Below are positions 55,004 to 64,000 of a stretch of 64,000 nt of DNA, piece by piece; the first letter of the stretch is position 1; every line of letters starts with the position of its first letter. The notes under the pieces were generated by a model. That model saw only the letters and a list, made by a program, of their open reading frames with translations. It had not been told where the DNA came from and made no database searches. This stretch comes from Eledone cirrhosa (taxonomy: Eukaryota): assembly GCA_964016885.1 (NCBI GenBank), contig OZ024745.1, positions 42,656,001 through 42,720,000 on the forward strand, read 5' to 3'. The position numbers and the translations under genes were made by a program.

Positions 55004-58000
55004 TTACTTACTTGTACTTCTGTCGACATTCACCCTGGACGGCTTGAGTCGGCTTCTTCCCTTGTCCTGACGGCATCCCGAACCATGGCAGCCCACGGAC
55101 GACGGTCCCGGGCTAGGTCACTGGAGATAGCGAGCCAGTCACGGTTCCATCGGCGCAGGCCGACCACCTGCGGACCTGAGAGTTCGGAGAGGTCCTCCTT
55201 GATCGTCGTTGCCCAGGTCTTCAGCTGCCCGCCAACGCGCTTGCGCCAGTTAGGGAGTGGAGGTGGGAGGAGGACATCGCGGATCAGCTCACCCTCAGGG
55301 CACCGGGCTGCGTGACCAAACCATCTCAAGCGCCATTGCAGAAGCATTGAATGAAGGGGTCGAAGATTCAGGCGAAGACGAAGACTGGTGGTAGGTACCC
55401 GATCAAAGCGTCGGCAGCGAAGAATGCGGCGGAGACAGTCATTGTCGAAGAGCTCCAGCCCTCGTTGATCGACTACCCTCATAGGCCATGTTTCACAGCC
55501 ATAGAGGAGGATAGTGCGAATGACGGCCTGGTAGATTCGTCCTTTGGTTGCCGAGGTGATCTCTCTTCTGTCCCACAGACACCACTGGAGGCGCCCAAAA
55601 GCGGATCTGGCAGCACTTATGCGACGCTTGACCTCGGCTGCGCTCTGTCCCGTTGGAACCACTGTTGAGCCCAGGTAAACGAAGGACTCCACATCCTCCA
55701 GGTCCACGCCCTCGAGAGATATTGGCTGCCAGGCATCAGGCGAGACCAGTGACGTCATGACTTTCGACTTGGCAACATTGATTCGTAGACCAACAGCGGC
55801 GGCTGCAGTGTGCACCCTTTCGAGAGCACCTTGCACATCTGTCCCGTTAGAGCCAATCAGCACGATGTCATCCGCGTAGGCCAGGCCTGTCACCACTACC
55901 CCTCACCCGACCTCTACGCCCGGGTACTCCCGGAGCCCTGTGTTGAGAGTGTAGTCAATGGCGTAGTTAAAGAGAGTTGGCGATAGCGCACACCCCTGCC
56001 GAACACCGGTCCCAACATCGAACGACTCCGTCTCCCCACCATAGACTCTCACTCGAGCCCGAGTCGACCGGTAGTAGCCTTGTATGAGACGAAGCAACTT
56101 CACTGGGATGCCGTCCGCCTGCATTATACGCCATAGGGCTTCCCGATCTACCGAGTCGAAGGCAGCTGCAAAGTCGATGAAGCAGAAGACGGTAGGCTGT
56201 TGATGTGCCCACCGTTGTTCCAGGACACGCCGGAGATTGAAGATTTGATCAACGCACCCCCTCCCCGGACGGAAGCCGCCCTGAGAAGGACGAGTACGGA
56301 CATCACAGATGGCCTGGAACCTTTTCAGCAGAAGAATTGCGAAGGTTTTGGCAGCAACGTCAATTAAACTGATACCCCTGTAGTTGGAACACAGTTTCCT
56401 GTCGCCTTTTTTGAAGAAGGGTAGGAGAGTTGCCTCGCTCCAGTCACCAGGGAACTGCTCCGTCGCCCACACCGAGGAGAAGACTCGATGGAGCCAAGCT
56501 GCGAAGACATCAGGCTCGGCCTTGTCGACCTCAGCTCGAACGCCATCTTCGCCCGGCGCCTTGTTGTTCCGAAGATGTGTCAGGACACTATGTATCTCCT
56601 CGACGGTTGGAGGAGCAGTGAGGCACCCGTATTCTTCTCCCGAAGGCTGCACGTAGGTTGGTGTGGGTGGTGGCAGGTGGTTGCGCAGCTCGGTGAAATG
56701 GTCCCGCCATCGGACTAGCCGGTCAGTAAGATTGGTAATGATACCCGTACTGATACCCGTACTGCTTCGGCTGGCCCGCTTCACCAGTTGGTAGAGCTTG
56801 CGCGAGTCACCACAGGATGCTGCCTTCTCCGTCTGCTCCGCAAATTCGCGCCAGTGTGCATTCCGATCGGCCCGAATATCCCGAGATGTGCGAGGTCGGA
56901 GATCTCGAAGATTGGGTGCACCCTCGAGTCGGGCCACTCTCGCCCTCTCCACGAGTTCAAGAGTGCCGCCGGAGATCCAGTCCCGATGGCGTCTTCGGGT
57001 CGACCCGAGATGCTCTCTGGCCACCTCAACAGTCGCCGCCCTGAGCGCGTTCCACTCCTGCTCCGGTTGCTGTTCCACTTCGTTACTCAGCATTTGGAAT
57101 CGGTTCCGCAGCTTTAGCCGGAAAGCATTTCCAGCATCGAGCTTGAGTCGCGAGATGTCGATCCTTTTCTGGCGGTTGGGAGGAGGTTTCGCCTGCAGCC
57201 GCAGACGAAGGGATGCCCGAACAAGAGTATGGTCTGACCCATGCTCACTGCCTGTATCAGCCCTCCGATACGCACGCGAGTCCATGACTGAGCTGGCCCA
57301 CCGAGATCTGACCAGGATGTAGTCAATCTGATTGGCCGTTCTTCCATCATTGGATCTCCACGTGACGAGGTGACGCCGAGAATGTTGGAACCGGGTGTTG
57401 GTGACGATAAGACGATTGGCATCCGCGAAGGACACGAGCCGTTCGCCATTGTCACAGCGTACGCCTAGGGCGAAGCGTCCTATAATATGCCGTGTTTAAT
57501 CATCAGCCGGCCCCGTCTGCGCATTCCAGTCCCTAGCGACAATGAGAACATCACTGGAGGGGACGCCATCCACGGTTGTTTGGAGATCGGCATAGAACTG
57601 CGGCTTGCCGCCTCGTCCGCATTGAGTGTGGGAGCGTAGACGGCAATTACGCTGACGATGGAGATTTGACCCTTCAATCGAACCAGCGCGAGTCGGTGTG
57701 AGATCGGCTGCCACGCCAGCAGAGCCGCTTGCACGTCCGGGCTGAGCGCTACAGCGACCCCGTGAAGGCCATTGTTGTCAGTCACGCCACTATGGTACAA
57801 GTGGTAGATGTCCTCGCCAGGAACTTTGATCGGAAGATGACAAGCATCGGGAAGTCGAACTATCGCAGTACCATTGTACGTGCCTGGACACCGTCGTCAC
57901 GAAGTGTTCGGACGTTCCAGCACGCCATCCTCAATTCCTTTCTTGGTCTGAAGAGTGGGACTACTGCGGGAGTAGTCTGTAGAGCCATAGCGGTAGGATC

Positions 58001-58399
58001 GCTGTTGCTTTGCATTGCGTTCGTAGCGGGAAGGCAATTCGTATTCATAGTTCGTATTTGTAGGATTCATGGAAGAAGTCTCATGGGAGTAGGGAATTCA
58101 CAAGCTTTCCCCAAAAAACCCGCATGTATATCCCGAACGAGGGGAAAAAAACGTCCTGTTTGCCGCAGATTCTCCACAGACGCAGGGACAGAAACGACCC
58201 GAAGCCGCCGTTTACCGGAACAGACACCTCTTGGATTTTCACCAGAGCCCCTTTTTCCGGGTTGCGGCCTTAATACCGCTGGGTGTCAGACCAATCTGCC
58301 TTGGGTGGCCCTACCAGGAACCGAAGTTCCCGACGGCACAGCTCTGACACTACCCGTTGCCACCGCCCTGCCACGTTGAGGAGGGGTTGGACTTTAGGT
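55004..58399 (-). mobile_element. Near full-length RTE-clade LINE (APE plus RT), frameshifted
   Basis: LRMACWNVRTL; VIAVYAPT; NQIDYILV; NYRGISLID; QGGFRPGRGCVDQIF; FIDFAAAFDSV; GVRQGCALSPTLFN; LAYADDIV; RLRWFGHAAR. 3' tail (TAAG)n; candidate target-site duplication (TSD) AGTCCCATCTC at 54993-55003 and 58512-58522. Confidence 0.95.
55030..58048 (-). pseudogene. RTE ORF (AP endonuclease-reverse transcriptase) broken by about 4 disruptions
   Basis: Pieces 57860-58048, 57480-57800, 55903-57435 and 55030-55896 join into one APE-RT protein. Confidence 0.9.
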
Positions 58400-58532
58400 T
58401 GTCTCATCTCATTAGTCGACTTTAGGTTGTCTCATCTCATTAGTCGACTTTAGGTTGTCTCATCTCATTAGTCGACTTTAGGTTGTCTCATCTCATTAGT
58501 CGACTTTAGGTAGTCCCATCTCATTAGTTGAC
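58390..58532. repeat. 28-bp tandem repeat (5 copies) at the LINE 5' junction
   Basis: GACTTTAGGTTGTCTCATCTCATTAGTC starts at 58390, 58418, 58446 and 58474, with a variant at 58502. Confidence 0.95.
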
Positions 58533-58976
58533 GGCTAGAGAAACGTTGCTTCAGTGCTTTAAGATTGATATAAATGGCTCTAGTGTAAAAGGAAGAGTAA
58601 CAAATGGACAAAGGACAAAGACGATAGTCTTAATGACTATTTACAAATAAGAGAAAATGTACCACTAACCCATGAGTTGCAACTGAAAAGGTATCGACAA
58701 GACCAAAACATATTGATTAGTTAAGAAGGAAAGAGAAGTAAAATAGAAGCTGGAAGAGATAGACATATACAAACGTTGATAAAAATATTTTCCGTTTGGT
58801 CGTTAAGTCCTAAAAAGACTGATACAACGAGTTGAGATAATGAGAGAGTAAGTGAAGAAAGACAGACAATATATTGATTAGTCAACTATATTTCATATTT
58901 TTAAATGTCCCAATGTCAATTAATTGTTTACACATCTAGCTAATAATCTTCTAAAAATATAAAATTGGTGATCAGC

Positions 58977-59062
58977 AGCTCTTTATCGCAGTGGTTAACG
59001 CACTCGTGCGGCATCTGAGAGATGCAAAGTTCGTTTTCACGCTGAGGCCCGCTTTCCAAAAC
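58977..59062 (+). mobile_element. Decayed tRNA-like SINE head
   Basis: TATCGCAGTGGTTAACGCACTCG...AAGTTCG: A-box and partial B-box; no intact cloverleaf. Confidence 0.5.
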
Positions 59063-59179
59063 TTTTCCGTCACATGAAATACTATACACGATTTTCTCCT
59101 GATTTTGTCAAATATCATTTATAGTGATTGTCTATTATTATGATCATTTGCGTTGAGGCAACTATATTCAAATGTTATA

Positions 59180-59259
<80 letters not shown>

Positions 59260-60414
59260 TGTGTGTTTTTGTGTATGTGTATGAATGTATGTATTATAAA
59301 TTTGTGTGTGTTTATTTATGATTATGTATATTTGAGGCCCTGTCACAGTTTCTAAGGTAGATGCGTACGTGTATGCACATAGGTGTGTGTGCGTGTGCGT
59401 GTGTCTATGCATGTCTACTCACATACACACACATATGCGGGTGTGACTATTTCATAAACGTTCCTAAATTTGTTCATGCATGTATACTTATATTTAAATA
59501 TAGACACTTTTATAGATGTTGTATGCATTTATAGACTAACATGTATTTCCTTAAACCGACAAACAAAACACATATGCATCATATATTTGCACAATATTGG
59601 CTATTTTCTTTGATGTTTGGATTACAATATTAATCGATGCTCTGCCATTTAGTGTCTTATTAATCTTATTTTACATTACTTCGAAACTATAACATTTTAT
59701 TTAAACATCATAGTCAAGCGCTTCGATAGATATGACGATGTCTGGTCAATAAAGCTAAATCTTTTTATGAGTTTGTATCTCCCTGGAAAGGCATGTTAAT
59801 TTAAAATCTACAATCGTAGCGTAATTTTCATACGTTCGGATCGAAGCAGATGCGATACATTATATCTATAGAGAATAAAATATTGTATCAAATAAATGCA
59901 TAAACTACATTTGATATATCATCTGCATGTTTACGGTTATGAATAGATGTGAAAGATCTAAAAGAACAAGCACAGAATAAGTAATATATTTACGTTATGA
60001 ACTAGACATGAATAATAAATTACAGTTTTGAAATATCAGAAACAATACCAAGTAATTCTTATCACACACACGCGAGCGCGCACATAACCCACACACATCA
60101 CGATCACGGGCACACACACACATACACACATACATACACACACACACACACACATACACACACACACGTGCACACATGCATATATATATATACATATATA
60201 TATGTATGTATGTATGTATGTATATATACATACATATATATGCATACATATATGCATACATATATGCATACATATATGCATACATATATGCATATATATA
60301 TATATGTATGTCTGTATGTATGTATGTATATATACATACATATATATGCATACATATATGCATACATATATGCATACATATATGCATACATATATGCATA
60401 CATATATGCATATA

Positions 60415-60447
<33 letters not shown>

Positions 60448-61859
60448 ACATACATATATATGCATACATATATGCATACATACACACACACATATATATA
60501 TATTTATGTGTGTGTGCATGTATGCATATATATATAGAGAGAAAAATAACTAGAGAAAGTGGAGAGATACATAGATGTGTCAGCATATACAGAGAGAGAG
60601 AGAGTGAGAGAGAGCAAGAGTGAGAGAAAGATAGAGAGAGAGAGGGGAGAGAGAGAGAGAAAGATACGATTAGTCAGGATGTTGCAAGTACAGTTCTTTA
60701 ATGGAACTGTAAAAATATGTAAAACATTTCCAAAATTCAACATGTAATAACTGCATATAGACATGTATAGAGATAGAAACATTCACTTGTACACATATAA
60801 CTCAAAACATACAGATCTACACATGGAATACCACCCATACTTGCAAACACACACACAAACACATACATCCCTATAAGAGGAGTGCTAATAAATACACCAA
60901 CATATAAGCACATCCTACCTCACTTTACATCTACTCTGGAAGGTTCCACACTAATTCTGAAATATCGTTCTCTCTCATTGAAGACATACCAATTCTAAAT
61001 AAGAGACTCTGACCGTGAAGTGAAATCTGGGAAAAACAAAAGTTAAAGGCCGGTAACTCGTGCTGGAGGTGTAGGGACACCGTCATGACACCATGGCTTA
61101 TCTTGAGTACTTTTAAACCTAGCGTAGCCAAACTCTCTCTGGGTCAAAACACAGCCGATTTTTTCAAGAAAATATGAGAATTGACCCCTGCATTCGTACT
61201 TTATTTATCGATGAATGAAAAGACAAAGTTGACATCGGGGGAATTTGAACTCAGAATGCAGGAAACCAGATAAATACGGTGACAGTTTTAATCCGATGCT
61301 CTGACGACTCTGCCAGGGTTTTATTGTGGTATTTCTCTGTCTGGGTGCACCACGTTGTCTATTATTGATCTATAAATCTTCGTCAAAATCGAATTTATAG
61401 TTGCCACTCTGAGAAAACAGTTTATATCTGACGACTCAACCAATTGGTGTATAATTCTTTTGACATTGCACATATGTTGCTACAGTACTATTGACAAGAT
61501 CAACAGACACCAGACATTATCAGCGACCACCCTGTCTCTGTACAACCCAGCTATAGAACTCCTATCAACACCATATGGATACCAGAAATCGTATGTTAAA
61601 TGTCTCAACTTGATATTACTCTTACAACCTTAAAGACTTGTTAATTGCCAACAACAGCCAACCCTTTCCTAATGCCTGCCTTTGACCTATTTCAGCCTTT
61701 ATCGTTTTAATTCTTTTTCATTTTCTACTTGAATTCTGTCTCACTCTCTCTCTCTCTCCCTCTCTCTTCCTCTCTCTTTTCCCCTCTCCCCCCTCTCTCC
61801 CCCTCTCCTTCCCTCCGTCTCTCCATCTTCCTCTCTTTCTCCCTCACAAGCACGATAGC

Positions 61860-61911
<52 letters not shown>

Positions 61912-61983
61912 CGTGTGTGTGTGTGTGTGTATACATGTGTGGTGCACATGAGTGTCTGTGCATATGTGTGCATGTTATATATG

Positions 61984-62024
<41 letters not shown>

Positions 62025-62028
<4 letters not shown>

Positions 62029-62404
62029 TTTAGTACAGCATTAACGAAGCTTTAGGTTGCGGCCAAGCTAACGAATGCAAATTCGGAATGTAGCTTTAGC
62101 ACTCGATGGGGAATAGTACCCCAGAGTAATAACAATACGTTTAGACAGCTTAACAAATCAAATATAGCGATCGGCAGTCCAGCCGCATTGCCATATATAT
62201 ATCTCAACCTGATTAGTTCTATCGTTGCTTTGGTATATATTGTGTGTTAGTTTAGCCTACCACAATGTTCGATTTGTCAAGCTATTTAAACGTATGTTAT
62301 TACTCTAAGGACCTACCTTATCGAGTGCTTTGCTAACTCATCACTTCATATAAGTAGGCCGAATTCACTTGCAAACCGCCAGAGATTCGATTTTTCTGAT
62401 TTCC

Positions 62405-62408
<4 letters not shown>
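62025..62408. mobile_element. (TA)n-embedded insert with diverged inverted arms
   Basis: 62098-62160 (AGCACTCGAT...AGAGTAATAACA.TACGTTTA) pairs with 62271-62328. Confidence 0.6.
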
Positions 62409-62465
<57 letters not shown>

Positions 62466-62473
62466 TATATATG

Positions 62474-62615
62474 TAGCAAAAGTTAAGTGGAAATATCCAA
62501 GGGTAAGAGCACTCAGTCAATAGAACGAGTTTAGTATAAATAATTACAACAGTGACTTAAACAGGTACCCAAGTTTCGTTGGGTTCTGGGACCCAACTCA
62601 TTCATCCTGTCATGA
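62474..62615 (-). mobile_element. (TA)n-embedded insert with a decayed hammerhead (62560-62609, minus)
   Basis: Minus ACAGG-ATGAATGA-GTTGGGT-cccaga-ACCCAAC-GAAA-CTTGGG-TA-CCTGT: stems intact, core altered. Confidence 0.65.
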
Positions 62616-62651
62616 GAAAAAAAAAAAATATATATATATATATATATTTAT

Positions 62652-63721
62652 GATAAATTGAAACAAAATGAAAACGAAATTTCATTTCTCACTCTTAGTA
62701 TGGCACTTACTTAAATGTAAGTATGCATGTATACGTACATACATATATGTATACAGACGTACAGTAGCATGCACATATATATATATATATACATATATAC
62801 ATACATATGCATACAGGTACACATACATATATGCACGTATCAGTTTAGCGGCGCTAACGTCGCTTTGTTCGTTTGTAAACAAACTGAACAGCCTGAATTT
62901 ATGCCATACGGTGTTAAGGCAACCACGTCACCTTTTTGTTCAACACTGACACAGGAACGATGTACTAGTTTCAAGCTTGTTAGCTATCATCAGCACCGTT
63001 TACCCATCTGCCAGATAGTTGAACGTTCGAAAGTATATACTTTCCTTATGAAAATTAACGGCTGAGCAGCCTAATTTGCATATTGAGTGAGTTAAATCGG
63101 TCAGGCATACCGAAAACGATAAATTGAAACAAAATGAAAACGAAATTTCATTTCTCACTCTTAGTATGGCACTTACTTAAATGTAAGTATGCATGTATAC
63201 GTACATACATATATGTATACAGACGTACAGTAGCATGCACATATATATATATATATACATATATACATACATATGCATACAGGTACACATACATATATGC
63301 ACGTATCAGTTTAGCGGCGCTAACGTCGCTTTGTTCGTTTGTAAACAAACTGAACAGCCTGAATTTATGCCTGCTCAGCCGTTAATTTTCATAAGGAAAG
63401 TATATACTTTCGAACGTTCAACTATCTGGCAGATGGGTAAACGGTGCTGATGATAGCTAACAAGCTTGAAACTAGTACATCGTTCCTGTGTCAGTGTTGA
63501 ACAAAAAGGTGACGTGGTTGCCTTAACACCGTATGGCATAAATTCAGGCTGTTCAGTTTGTTTACAAACGAACAAAGCGACGTTAGCGCCGCTAAACTGA
63601 TACGTGCATATATGTATGTGTACCTGTATGCATATGTATGTATATATGTATATATATATATATATGTGCATGCTACTGTACGTCTGTATACATATATGTA
63701 TGTACGTATACATGCATACTT
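62652..63721. mobile_element. Young retrozyme-like element: 1.5 tandem copies of a 466-nt monomer plus an inverted 0.75 copy, in (TA)n
   Basis: 62652-62905 matches 63118-63371 (period 466); 63371-63721 is the reverse complement of ~62718-63069; copies look identical by eye. Confidence 0.88.
63440..63484 (+). ncRNA. Intact minimal type I hammerhead ribozyme (identical copy at 62956-63000, minus strand)
   Basis: AACGGTG-CTGATGA-T[AGCT-aaca-AGCT]T-GAAA-CTAG-TA-CATCGTT: 7-bp stem I, GUA triplet, palindromic stem III. Confidence 0.88.
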
Positions 63722-63909
63722 ATATATATTTATGGATTTATATTTAGAAATACTTATACGAGTACTATATTATTATATATATAGATAGAGAGAGTGACAA
63801 ACATAAAGTTTTGTGTCCATTTCTGTAGAATAAATTTAATATTAAGACTTTCCATTGGTGTCTCCAACCATGGTGACAACAATTGATTACTAAGCTACTT
63901 CCCACCATT

Positions 63910-63991
63910 CCTTCTTCTTCTTCTTCTTCTTCTTCTTCTTCTTCTTCTTCTTCTTCTTCTTCTTCTTCTTCTTCTTCTTCTTCTTCTTCTT
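63910..63991. repeat. (CTT)n microsatellite
   Basis: Read directly from the sequence. Confidence 0.95.
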
Positions 63992-64000
63992 TTCCTTCTT

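Noticed and set aside
55351-58379. Plus-strand ORFs (105-216 aa) over the LINE
   Set aside because: Antisense shadows of the GC-rich RTE coding sequence.
58390-58532. 28-bp repeats resembling a CRISPR array
   Set aside because: The repeats are contiguous with no spacers, there are no cas genes, and the context is eukaryotic.
58977-59062. Possible tRNA gene
   Set aside because: A-box present, but the T-arm and acceptor stem cannot be folded; treated as a SINE head.

Overview
AT-rich, microsatellite-saturated eukaryotic non-coding DNA. The tRNA-derived SINE family and the (TA)n/(CA)n/(TACA)n landscape point to a cephalopod, probably Octopus; this is inference, not a database match. I could not support any host protein-coding exon, and most six-frame ORFs are microsatellite artefacts. 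Recognisable mobile DNA includes a near full-length frameshifted RTE-clade LINE (55004-58399, minus strand), two further RTE fragments and R4/Dong-type RLE-LINE fragments. It also includes the 5' part of a Penelope-like element (PLE) with its hammerhead core, two or three decayed PLE GIY-YIG fragments, a non-autonomous Helitron, a Tc1/mariner MITE and many SINEs. The most striking signal is a dense population of short non-coding inserts inside (TA)n tracts. They belong to several unrelated sequence families, and many carry type I hammerhead ribozymes (stem I-CUGAnGA-stem II-GAAA-stem III-UH-stem I), mostly in head-to-head inverted pairs. Two of them (7643-8514 and 62652-63721) are 1.4-1.5 tandem copies of a 638-nt and a 466-nt monomer with the ribozyme in the middle. 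That is the signature expected from rolling-circle reverse transcription of a self-cleaving circular RNA, i.e. a retrozyme-like, (TA)n-targeted system probably mobilised by PLEs. All ribozyme folds were assigned by eye and coordinates are approximate.
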